From positions 288,001-352,000 of the forward strand of contig CAVOID010000003.1 in NCBI GenBank assembly GCA_963695875.1: a stretch of 64,000 nucleotides of DNA. The letters run 5' to 3'. Shown here in pieces: positions 54,543 to 64,000 of this stretch (positions within the stretch are counted from its first letter, which is position 1; each line of letters opens with the position of its first letter). This stretch comes from an uncultured delta proteobacterium. Its GTDB lineage: Bacteria; Desulfobacterota; Syntrophia; Syntrophales; UBA2185. Position numbers and translations under genes: made by a program. Under the pieces are notes generated by a model. The model was given only the letters and a program-made list of their open reading frames with translations, searched no databases and had not been told where the DNA came from.

Positions 54543-56292
54543 ATGGGAAAAGAAATAGAATCAGAAGAATTTAAAAAATTGGTATCATTGGGCGAATCGA
54601 AGGGTTTCTTAACCTATGATGATGTTAATGATTTGCTGCCTTCTGACATCATATCTTCCGATCAGATCGATGATATCATCATGCTCTTTGGTGAGAAAAA
54701 TATAGATATTATTGATACGGACAAAGGAGAAAAGCTCGTTGTTAAAAAAGTCACAGATGAAAGGATGGCAGTTAAAGAGGAAGATATTCTTGATCTGATG
54801 GCGACTGTAGGAAAGACCGGTGATCCGGTCAAAATGTACCTCCGCGAGATGGGACTTGTATCCTTACTCTCCAGGGAAGGAGAGGTTGAGATCGCCAAAA
54901 AGATCGAGGAGGGAGAGAAGGATGTTATGGACTCCATCTTTGGTATAGCAGCATCAGTCAAGGATGTGGTGGATATTGGAGTGAAATTAAAGAGCGGTGA
55001 TGTCCGCATAAAGAGTATTGTGGCCAATCTTGAGGATGAAGATGGTTTTGTTGAAGAGGATATGCATAAGGAACGGGTCCTGAAGCTGATCGACAGAATA
55101 ACTGCTTTAGACAGGAAAAATGACACCCTTAAGAGAAAACTTAAATCAAAAAACATTAAAAAGAAAGAAAAAAGTGTTATCGAGGAGGAACTTGCAAAAA
55201 ATACAAAAAACATTATTCGCCTATGCAGAAAAGTCAAGTTTAGCAAGAGGCAGATAGAAAGAATGGTCTCGAAGCTGAAGAATTATGTGGCGGAGGGAGA
55301 AGTAGGCAGAAAATGGAATAAGCAGGTGTAAGGAAGAAACGGGATTGCCCCTCAAGGAGATGGAAAAAGCATGGGAGCGAGTAAAAAAATTACCTGCCGG
55401 TCGCGTAATCGATAAAGACACAAGAGTATCTATTCAGAAGTTAAAAGAATGTGAAGCTATTGTCAGGGAAGCGAGAAAGAAGGCATCTATAATTACTCAA
55501 GAAACGGAACTCTCTTTTGCTGCTTTAAAGAAGGTTGTCACTTCCATAGAGAAGGGAGAAAGAAGGGCGGAGAGAGCTAAGAGGAAGCTGGTTGAGGCAA
55601 ACCTTCGGTTGGTTGTAAGTATCGCCAAAAAATATACGAGTAGAGGATTGCAGTTTCTGGATCTGATTCAGGAAGGAAATATTGGTCTGATGAAGGCTGT
55701 TGATAAATTTGAATATCAACGGGGATATAAATTTTCTACTTATGCCACATGGTGGATCAGACAGGCAATAACGAGGGCGATTGCCGATCAGGCAAGAACT
55801 ATTAGAATTCCCGTGCATATGATTGAAACAATAAACAAGCTGATTCGAACATCACGTTACCTGGTACAGGAATTGGGCAGGGAACCAAATCCTGAGGAGA
55901 TTGCAAATAAGATGGAGTATCCTTTGGAGAAAGTGAGAAAAGTTTTAAAGATTGCCAAAGAACCCATATCTCTGGAAACGCCGATAGGTGAGGAAGAGGA
56001 TAGTCATCTGGGTGATTTTATAGTTGATAAAAAGATTATCTCTCCTTCAGAAGCTACGATAAGTATGAATCTTGCGGAACAGACAAGAAAAATATTATCA
56101 ACATTAACTCCGAGAGAAGAAAAAGTGCTTAGGATGCGCTTTGGAATCAGCGAGAGAGTCGATTATTCATCAGAGAGGGAAAAAAGTCACTTGGAGATCA
56201 ACAGGGAGCGAAACAGGCAGATGGAGACAAATGCGGTTAGGAAGTTGAGAAATCCGTCAAGGAGAAAAGTATTCAGGCCTGCAGTGAAATAA
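54543..56292 (+). CDS. rpoD: Primary sigma factor sigma-70 (frameshift near 55300; diverged region 4.2)
   Basis: Region 1.1 [77 protein letters not shown]. Confidence 0.95.
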
Positions 56293-56296
56293 ATAT

Positions 56297-56324
56297 TGAC
56301 AAGGATTAAGTATTAAGTATAAAA
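56297..56324 (+). promoter_or_regulatory. Sigma70-type promoter for the tRNA
   Basis: TTGACA at 56297 followed by TATAAA about 45 nt upstream of the tRNA. Confidence 0.55.
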
Positions 56325-56369
56325 ATTACCTTTGTACCTAAGGCATATAGTTCAGTAAAAAATAATGAG

Positions 56370-56442
56370 GGGCCCATAGCTCAATTGGAAGAGCCACCGG
56401 CTCATAACCGGTAGGTCCCTGGTTCGAACCCAGGTGGGCCCA
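56370..56442 (+). tRNA. tRNA with CAU anticodon, probably tRNA-Ile2 (lysidine); CCA not encoded
   Basis: GGGCCCA/TGGGCCC acceptor stem, D arm TAGCTCAATTGGAAGAGC, ACCGG-CTCATAA-CCGGT, GGTTCGAACC; lacks initiator features; position after rpoD. Confidence 0.93.
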
Positions 56443-56604
56443 TCATATAATTCGAAGGCCGGGAGGTCAAAATTTTATACTGAGTAAAAGGCATATTGTA
56501 TTATGTATTGTAGAACCTCTTGCCAAAGTAAGATTTGTATGTGTTATGGAAAGACACCCGCAGGTAATTCACTAAGGGATCAAAGGAAAAATATCCTCAA
56601 AATA

Positions 56605-56635
56605 AAATGCACCACATGTTGGTGCATTTTTTTTA
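56605..56635 (+). terminator. Intrinsic terminator downstream of the tRNA
   Basis: AAAATGCACCA...TGGTGCATTTTTTT. Confidence 0.7.
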
Positions 56636-56716
56636 TTTTCGGTATGGAGTATGGTTTCAAAAATGTATTTATGGATATGGCCGCCGGTCAATAAATTGGG
56701 ATGAAAGGAAAGATTT

Positions 56717-57440
56717 TTGGACAAACAATTATCATATTTAATTGAGCTTCAAAAACTTGATCTGAATATAGACAAGATTAACGTTAAGAAAAGGGAATTG
56801 CCTGAAAAGATTGCGCAGATGGATGAGGAATTCAGGACATACATTGCGAACATGGATGAAAGCAAAAAGAAATTTGAAGAATTGAATAAGCGTCATGGTG
56901 AAAAGGAAGATAAGCTAAGAAGAGGAATTGATACCCTCAAGAAGACAAAAGAACGTCTGCTCGAGGTTAAGACAAATAAGGAATATCAGGCAATCTTGAA
57001 AGAAATTGAGACGATAGAAAGCAAAAACAGCCAGAACTGAGGATGAAATTATTTCCGCATTGGAGGAGTTAGATCATGTCAGGATTGAATTAAAAACAAA
57101 AGAAAAGGATTTTGATGCTTATAGATTACAGTATGAAAAGGAAAAGAAGAAGATAGCGGAAGAGATCAGTCAGCTTGATATCGATTTATCAGATTGTATG
57201 CAAATAAGTAGTGATCTCAGGAGGCAGATTCGTAAGGAACTTCTCAAAAAATACGAAACCATCAAAGGTAAAAGAAATGGCCTGGCCGTGGTATTGGTAT
57301 GGAAGGAAGTATGTGGCGGCTGCCATATGAATATTCCTCCTCAATTGTATATTGAATTACAAAGATCCACAGATTTACTGTCCTGTCCGAACTGCAACAG
57401 GATCATATACTGGTTTAATCAGGATAAAACAGATGGCTGA
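56717..57440 (+). CDS. Coiled-coil protein with C4-type zinc ribbon (frameshift near 57033)
   Basis: LIELQKLD, VKTNKEYQA, CGGCHMNIPPQ, CPNCNRI. Confidence 0.88.
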
Positions 57441-57456
57441 AGGCTTTATGAAAAAA

Positions 57457-57572
57457 CCGATATTCGCGTTACGATACATTCATCCCCGTATAAAGCACGG
57501 GGCAGGCTGTGCAGCATATCTCTATGTACGCCTCATTCCTCGGTGTTTGCGTGCCTTGCCTCTGGATTTTCT
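57457..57572. repeat. Degenerate intergenic repeat (REP/MITE-like)
   Basis: CCCCGTATAAAGCACGGGG stem and GTACGCCTCATTCCTCGG...GCGTGCCTTGC motif; recalled from deltaproteobacterial intergenic repeats, not verified. Confidence 0.35.
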
Positions 57573-57621
57573 AAGAATCTGTCCATATTCTGTTTAATTT
57601 TCATATTTTTGCGAGGTTATA

Positions 57622-58035
57622 ATGTCTGATCTTGCTTTAAATCTCTATACTGATGGAGCATGCAGGGGAAACCCCGGTCAGGGCGGCGCAGGAGCCGTTC
57701 TGATGGATGACAGGGGTAATATTTTCGCTGCCATAAAGAATTCATTGGGGCTATGCACGAATAATATTGCTGAATATAAAGCACTGATTCTTGGTTTGGA
57801 AGAGGCGTTAAAGAGGCAATGCCGAAAGTTGCATATCTTTCTTGACTCAGAACTTCTGGTTAATCAGATCAACGGTACATATAAAGTGAAGAATGAAAAC
57901 CTGAAGGTATTGATGCTTGATGTGAGAACATTACTGTCCCGCTTTGAGAGTTATACCGTGGAACATGTAGATAGAAGTGAAAACCACGTAGCGGACAGAT
58001 TGGCCAATGAAGCCATTGATGAAGCAACAATTTAA
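57622..58035 (+). CDS. rnhA: Ribonuclease HI family protein
   Basis: YTDGACRGNPG, TNNIAEY, DSELLVNQ, N..ADRLAN. Confidence 0.9.
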   Translation: MSDLALNLYTDGACRGNPGQGGAGAVLMDDRGNIFAAIKNSLGLCTNNIAEYKALILGLEEALKRQCRKLHIFLDSELLVNQINGTYKVKNENLKVLMLDVRTLLSRFESYTVEHVDRSENHVADRLANEAIDEATI

Positions 58036-58226
58036 AAACACTAAATCCTTCATTCGAAGCCTTGACCAATTACAAAATCCAAACATCCGAAATATTTATG
58101 AATTTTGATATTCTAATTTAGGACTTTGTTTAGGTCTTGGGAATTTGTGATCAGAGTTTTCCTATTTGATATTTATATTAAGATCGACTAAAATACTCTT
58201 CCAACAAGCTTCAATGGTTATTTAAA

Positions 58227-58607
58227 GGTGTTGGAGCAGATCAGATGATCGCTGGCCCGGTCTTGCGGGCTGGAGGAAAGTCCGAGCTCCACAGGGCAGG
58301 ATGGTCGCTAACGGCGACTGGGGGTGACCCTAAGGAAAGTGCCACAGAAAATATACCGCCTGCCATTGGCGGGTAAGGGTGAAAAGGCGAGGTAAGAGCT
58401 CACCAGTTTCCCGGGTGACCGGGAAAGCTTGGTAAACCCCATCCGGAGCAAGACCAAATAGGAGAACATTAAGAGCGGCCCGCTCGACGTTCTCGGGTAG
58501 TGTCGCTTGAGGCAGCAGGCAACTGTTGTCCCAGATGAATGATCATCACCGCCTTTCGGGTGACCGGAAGGCGGAACAGAACTCGGCTTATGATCTGGTC
58601 CGACACC
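58227..58607 (+). ncRNA. rnpB: RNase P RNA, bacterial type A
   Basis: GAGGAAAGTCCGAGC, GAAAGTGCCACAGAAA, GGTAAACCCC, ACAGAACTCGGCTTA; P1 GGTGTTGGAGCAGATCA/TGATCTGGTCCGACACC. Confidence 0.97.
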
Positions 58608-58625
58608 GATTAAATTCCAGCTACC

Positions 58626-60268
58626 ATGCGAATACAAAATCACATGATACAGTTTATTTTGCTTTTTATTCTTATTCTGGGTTCAGCAGGCGACGGTTTT
58701 GCCTATAATTCTAATCAGGCCATGGAAGAGGCGGATACATATCTCGAAAAGTGGGCAATATCTTGAAGCTGTGAAAGCCTATCAAGATATTTCAGACCTT
58801 TCCCCCGATCCTGAAATGAAAGCAGGCGCTGAACTCAAGATGGGAGATATTTACGGAGAGTTTCTGAAAAATCGTGCCCGGGCACTGGAAAAGTATACCG
58901 TCGTGATAAAGAAATACGGGAATAGCAAACATGCCGCGAATGCCTACTTTAATTCTGGAATGATCCTGTATGAGAAAGGCCGTTACAAAGAGGCCCTGAA
59001 TCAATTCAAAACATACATCAAGAGATATCCCAGTGAGTATCGAAGAGAGGCTGCGGAATTTATGATGGAAATATGTTCTAAGCCTCCTGCCGCAATAAAA
59101 GAAAAAAAGCCAGCCCTTAAAACAGCAAAAGATGGAATTATCAGGGTCTTAATTATGGCTGGTGTCCGGGAGATACGTGTGGACTCGCCTGCGTTATTTG
59201 AAGTAAGAGACGGCGATGAGAGAAGAAATCCTGATCAAGGTTCGAGCAGCTACCATAGACATTTCGGGAGGAATTATAAAGCTTAATGATAGTGAAATAT
59301 CGCACGAAAGGCTGGTTATCATTCCGTCTGATAGTAATATGCTGAGTTTAGGGAATGATTCATTCAGAGGTAAATTTAAGCTCCGTAGGGGTGTCGATGA
59401 TAGGCTGGTTGTTGTTCCGTCCAATGACAACGATCCAAATTTGAAAGGCAATCCTTACAGGGGTAAAATCAGGCTCCAAAGGAGTGCCATTGGCGGCATG
59501 GATGTGATTAATGTCCTGGATGTGGAAGCGTATCTTTACGGTGTCGTCCCAAAGGAGATGTCCCCTCAATGGCATACGGAGGCATTGAAGGCCCAGGCAA
59601 TTGCAGCGAGAACATATGCCCTCGATCAGAAGGAAAAAAACAAAGACAGAGACTATGACATTATCGCCGATACGACATTCCAGGTCTATGGAGGTGCGGG
59701 AGCAGAATCGGGGAGATCCAACCAAGCTGTGGACGAGACAAAAGGAATGGTACTCTTCTATGACGGTCAACTGGCACTTACTTATTTTCATGCGAACAGT
59801 GGTGGAATGACGGAAGATGCGAAACGTGTGTGGAGCACTGATATCCCCTATCTTAAGATGGTTCGCGATGTTTATAGTATAAAGGCCCCGAATTGTTCGT
59901 GGACACTGTCACTTAGTGTCGATAAAATCAGAAAGGCCCTAAGTAGTAAGGGCCTTGAGATTGGATTAATCGAAAGGCTTGTTCCCGTTGAAGTTAGCCC
60001 TTCCGGCAGGGTAATGAAGATCAAGATATTCCATGGTGGAAAGGAGGCCATACTAAACGGCAATGACTTCAGGAGTAAAATTGATCCCACGTTGATCAAG
60101 AGCACTTTATTTACAATAGTCAAACAAGGGGATGAAATCCGATTGGAGGGAAGGGGATATGGCCATGGTGTCGGTATGAGCCAGTGGGGTGCTAACATTA
60201 TGGCCGGCGAAGGATATTCGTACGATGATATCCTAAAACATTACTATCGAGGAGTGGAAATAAGGTGA
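58626..60268 (+). CDS. TPR/BamD-like plus SpoIID/LytB domain protein (frameshifts near 58750 and 59220)
   Basis: Signal peptide, TPR-like helices, YLYGVVPKEM, EALKAQAIAARTYA, QVYGG, GRGYGHGVGMSQWGA, ILKHYY. Confidence 0.88.
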
Positions 60269-60355
60269 CTCGTTGACTTTAATTTTCATTGATCATAGTT
60301 GTAATGGATTTACCCTTCATATCTTATGAAGTATTAAGTTATGCAGTTGATGACA

Positions 60356-61039
60356 CTACTGGCTGATTTCTGAATATATTTTTTCTATCGCTTCTATAAT
60401 GTTGCCTGATTGCATGATTGGCCTGCCGATAGCTATGAAGTCCGTTTCCATTCTGACCGCTTCCTTTAAAGATGAAATTTTAACTTGATCATGTCTGTCC
60501 TGATACCATGCAGGTCTTATTCCTGAGCAGATCTTTTTTAACGGGTTATCCTGGAGATAATTTAAATCTTTGACGGAGCAGAAGATATATTCATAATTAT
60601 TCATTAGGGCGATATTTGAGAAGGCCTTCACAATGTCATCTGCAGTTCTTTCATAGATCCATTTCACTTCTAAGTCGGTGAAGGAAGTAAGTATCGTTAC
60701 ACCTGCAAGATGTTTTAAAAGGCCGGCATTCTTAGGCCTAAAGTTCGATGAACAGTGGATTGTAACAATATCTGCACCTGCATCAGTCAGTTTACTGATA
60801 CCGTTTTCCATTGTGGAAGGGATGTCATGAAGCTTCACATCAGCCATAACATTAAGTTTGTAATCAGTCCTGAGACGTGAGATGATCTTTATGACATCTC
60901 CGCTGTATAACATATCACTGACCTTAACTCCCCATATCATGCCATTTCCCATGGCTTTTGAAAGACTGCTGAATACTCCCTTTTCTTCAGCATCTTGAAA
61001 GCTTAATCCATCCACCGCCACAATGATTTTCGGAACCAT
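60356..61039 (-). CDS. pyrF: Orotidine-5'-phosphate decarboxylase family protein (divergent)
   Basis: IIVAVD, ADVKLHDIPST catalytic motif, VTIH, GVTILTS, GIRP, DQ, IGRPI. Confidence 0.8.
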   Translation of the reverse strand: MVPKIIVAVDGLSFQDAEEKGVFSSLSKAMGNGMIWGVKVSDMLYSGDVIKIISRLRTDYKLNVMADVKLHDIPSTMENGISKLTDAGADIVTIHCSSNFRPKNAGLLKHLAGVTILTSFTDLEVKWIYERTADDIVKAFSNIALMNNYEYIFCSVKDLNYLQDNPLKKICSGIRPAWYQDRHDQVKISSLKEAVRMETDFIAIGRPIMQSGNIIEAIEKIYSEISQ

Positions 61040-61153
61040 AATCTCCCCCTATTTGGTTTGAGGAATTATAAGCATTAACAACCTTCGAGCAATTTCAGGT
61101 CTTGTATATGTATCGGTACGTTTAAGTATTGTCTTTAATTTCATAATTTATTG

Positions 61154-61182
61154 TTGACATAGAAGTATGCTTTACCTATAAT
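61154..61182 (+). promoter_or_regulatory. Perfect-consensus sigma70 promoter
   Basis: TTGACA (61154-61159), 17-bp spacer, TATAAT (61177-61182). Confidence 0.8.
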
Positions 61183-61417
61183 CCACTCGCAAAATACTTG
61201 TAAAGACCATGTATTCAAATACATAATGTTGCCCATGTTAAATTCGACTTATGCATAAATAAATTAATAACAGTATAAATCTGGCGTTCTTGAAAACACT
61301 GTAAAATCTCTTTATTCGTAAAAATCTTTTACTCTTGATACATATTTTTAAATTAATAAAAAATAACATAAAAGATTAAACGGAGGTCACTTTTTCACTA
61401 AATTCAAAAGATAAACG

Positions 61418-61590
61418 GCGCCAGTTCTTCTGGATTCAGATTCCACCATACAAGGAGCTGGGCGCGCTACTTGTCAACCTTCAGAGGTATTGGTGAGTCC
61501 CTCTGCAAGGGAATCATGCTGACTCCCTCCAGAATCCTTCCGATCCCAGGATCGGTCATCTCGGTTGTAAGGGGCAGAGTAATGAGGCGC
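61418..61590 (+). ncRNA. Candidate structured RNA or leader element (unassigned family)
   Basis: GC-richer island in an AT-rich spacer with five or more hand-found helices; downstream of a consensus promoter. Confidence 0.4.
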
Positions 61591-61907
61591 AGGTTTTGGA
61601 AACATAAAGTCATAGAGGATCGAAAGTTTAGACACAGAGCATTGAATATGATCACCTATGTAAAGTTGTAATCCAAGCAAATTTAATGTCAAAGTATGCA
61701 GGATACTTGATGCCTCATAAAATAAGTTGCGACTGACCGCTTTTGGGGATTAAAGATAATAATTAAATAAGCCGATAAAAATTAAGGTATTTCTATGTTT
61801 TTTTCACTGAATGTTTCAGGCAGTTAATGTTTAATGCCTCTTTAGCTTATTGATGTAGCGGGGGCATTAGGTCATCTTTATTGAAGATGATGCCGGGGAG
61901 TCTGAAA

Positions 61908-62867
61908 ATGAAGAACATAAAATTGGTTGTGAGAAATGATTCAATATCAGAAAATATTGAAGAACTGAAGGAAGAGTCACAGATTTGGCCAATGGTTGGT
62001 TTGTCTGTAGGTAGTTTTATTCAATTAATTTCAATGGATCAGCAAACCTGTATCTTGGAAGTTTATCATAGTATAAATAAAAAGGGGACTTTTTATTTTA
62101 TTGAGGGTTCACTTTATAATGCTATTTGCGGTGAGCTTGAAGGTGAAGAAGCCGCCATGGAAATGATTTCCTGGGAGAAGGTTAGAATTAATATTAATAA
62201 TAATTTGAACACAAATGATGTTGCAAGGAAGATACACAAGGGGCTTATGTCTCTTTTGATGGAGAGTTCGAGGCGCAAGGATGAATCAGAATGGGACCGT
62301 AATCTTAAAGGGTCAGGGAAGATTGCTGAAAGAGATAAAAATGATCCCGATACCATGGCCATACTGGATGATAAGGAAAAGATTAGTGCTCAGGACAGCT
62401 TCAAAATGAAGTTGGATGAAAGTGTGGAAATCTGTAAGAGGGATATGGGGAATGCGCTAATTTCAGTGAGCGTGATATCAATGACTAATGGAAAGTCTTT
62501 AGGGGGCTATAATTCAAGTCCAGAAACAGTAATTCTCTTTAACGAGATTACGAATTTTATAAAGAAAATATTAGAGAAAAGTTCGTCCGAAACACTGGGA
62601 AGGTATTACATTGTGGATCTTCTAAAAGATAACCAAATGCTTTTTTCTCTGCTTTGCGGCAAATACGAATACCAGTTGGGCATAGTATTTGATAGCACTG
62701 AAATTCAGCTTGGTCTTTTCTTGAATGTCATTATACCAAAAATTACCAAAGTTTTTGAAGATGCAGTGTTCATACTAGGTCATGGAAGTAGTTCAGGCAA
62801 GGGATCCATAGAAGGAGCTTTTATTAGCATGCAGGGGGATTTAAATGGCCATGAATTTCGTGTGTAA
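61908..62867 (+). CDS. DUF4388/PATAN domain protein with C-terminal Roadblock-like domain
   Basis: GLSVGSFIQLISMDQQTCILEV..KGTFYFIEGSLYNA..GEEAAMEMISW..LMSLLMESSRRKDE; C-terminus homologous to the next gene. Confidence 0.78.
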   Translation: MKNIKLVVRNDSISENIEELKEESQIWPMVGLSVGSFIQLISMDQQTCILEVYHSINKKGTFYFIEGSLYNAICGELEGEEAAMEMISWEKVRININNNLNTNDVARKIHKGLMSLLMESSRRKDESEWDRNLKGSGKIAERDKNDPDTMAILDDKEKISAQDSFKMKLDESVEICKRDMGNALISVSVISMTNGKSLGGYNSSPETVILFNEITNFIKKILEKSSSETLGRYYIVDLLKDNQMLFSLLCGKYEYQLGIVFDSTEIQLGLFLNVIIPKITKVFEDAVFILGHGSSSGKGSIEGAFISMQGDLNGHEFRV

Positions 62868-63037
62868 TATTAAACTTATTTAATGACATGCGCAAAGCAA
62901 CTCAGGTTTCTTAACGCTTTTTATAATTCTGTCATAATCGGGAAGGATAAAAGAGTAATGAAGGGGGGGAGGATAAATTGGAGAAGGTTTGACATATGTT
63001 TTAAGGATGATAAAACAAAACGAAAAGGAGGAAGAAG

Positions 63038-63413
63038 GTGAACATACAGAAATTAAATGATTGTCTGGAGAACTTGAAAACGAGATTTAGGAGAGGGACT
63101 TATTGCATCTAGTATAATTTCAATGGCTGATTTTCAGACATTAGTGGCAACGGAGAAGTCGAGCCCTGTTGCTGCTTCTCTCTTTGGTGAGATTACGAAT
63201 TTTATACAGACTTCACTTGCTAAGGGACCCTATCCGCAGATTGGGAAATTTTATTACTTGGATCTTGTTGGGAATAAGGGGCTTATCTTTATTCCGCTTG
63301 GTGACTACCAGTGGGGGATATCGATTGACACTAAGAAGTGCAAACTCGGGCTTCTCCTGAATATTATTTTACCTACAATGATTACTAACTTTGAAGAGGC
63401 GGTCACATCTTAA
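63038..63413 (+). CDS. Roadblock/LC7 (MglB)-like small protein (frameshift near 63083)
   Basis: GGAGG RBS, GTG start VNIQKLNDCLENLK, then DLGEGLIASSIISMADFQ...YYLDL...LGLLLNIILP. Confidence 0.7.
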
Positions 63414-63431
63414 TGACCTAAGGAGGTAGCA

Positions 63432-63614
63432 ATGGGAGAGAAATTGGTACGTATATTTGAGATTGTTACAGAGCAGGCAGGTTTTAAAGGAAGGTTGGAA
63501 CTCGCTACTAAGGCGGGTATGACTATGGCTCAAGCAGCGGAGATGAAGGATACAGAAGAACTTGTAAAAAAATTGAAGGCTGCGGCAAGCGATATAATCG
63601 ATAAAGGATTATAA
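63432..63614 (+). CDS. Small helical hypothetical protein
   Basis: AAGGAGG RBS 18 nt after the upstream stop; MGEKLVRIFEIVTEQAGFKGRLELATKAGMT. Confidence 0.78.
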   Translation: MGEKLVRIFEIVTEQAGFKGRLELATKAGMTMAQAAEMKDTEELVKKLKAAASDIIDKGL

Positions 63615-64000
63615 TAGAGCCTTATAGTTAAGAAAGGTCTGAAATTAAGTATAGGTGTGTTCCCCGGGACACAACCCAGGTCTTAAGCTCCAGTGATCTT
63701 GGGGAATTATACCTAAGATGGATGTGACATAATTAAGGCATGTTTTTCCTCATGTTTTTCCCATATCCTGTCTCTTGCCGCTTTATGTGTTGCAGACAGG
63801 TAGGAAGAGCCAGTAACGTATTGAGTAATAATGCTGGTTTTGTAAAAGCTAAGAGGTACGGTGTGCCAACATTAAAGATTGTGGCATGAATATCCGCCGC
63901 GTAGCTTGTCTACAGACTGGCATTGGGTAGGGTGAAGGTGCAAAGCATCAGGAGCCTTCCACTGGCAATATTTGTCACTACAGGCGCGAAGAACAGGGTT

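Noticed and set aside
50570..57040. Stop-codon readthrough or alternative code at TAG 50570 and TGA 57038
   Set aside because: The downstream coding continues in a different frame, so these are indels, not recoded stops.
58308..58708. Short ORFs across 58.3-58.7 kb
   Set aside because: They overlap the RNase P RNA gene.
61431..61445. tRNA-Sec-like anticodon arm (TGGA-TTCAGAT-TCCA)
   Set aside because: No T-arm GTTCRA, D-arm or acceptor stem around it.

Overview
Mostly core chromosome of an anaerobic Desulfobacterota-type bacterium (Syntrophales-like; inferred from gene content and order, not tested). In order: a dCache/HAMP/PAS histidine kinase (cut by the left edge), vWA-OmpA lipoprotein, mscL, pstSCAB-phoU-phoR with a Pho-box-like array, groES-groEL, ileS-lspA-ktrBA, a TetR-linked beta-oxidation cluster with an ADP-forming acyl-CoA synthetase, a KimA-like transporter, a K+-independent membrane pyrophosphatase, a liv-type ABC operon interrupted by an IS256-family remnant plus paaK, his genes, hinT-yqeY-dnaG-rpoD-tRNA(CAU)-Zn ribbon-rnhA-rnpB, TPR-SpoIID, pyrF and a DUF4388/Roadblock module. 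More than 20 genes, including essential ones (groEL, ileS, dnaG, rpoD), are split by single-base indels, most likely long-read consensus errors, so split ORFs are merged below. Main highlights: (1) 45.2-47.9 kb, three minus-strand integron gene cassettes with three canonical-geometry attC sites (56-58 bp) and no integrase in the window. The cargo looks defence-like (HNH effector, winged-helix-like protein, protein with a hydrophobic C-terminal hairpin), and a repeated non-attC motif may be an unrecognised insertion site. (2) A perfect TTGACA-17-TATAAT promoter followed by about 700 nt without a convincing gene, containing a multi-hairpin candidate RNA upstream of an uncharacterised PATAN-Roadblock-small protein module. 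(3) A primary sigma factor whose region 4.2 helix-turn-helix is strongly diverged in frame. All domain calls are by eye; no searches were run.
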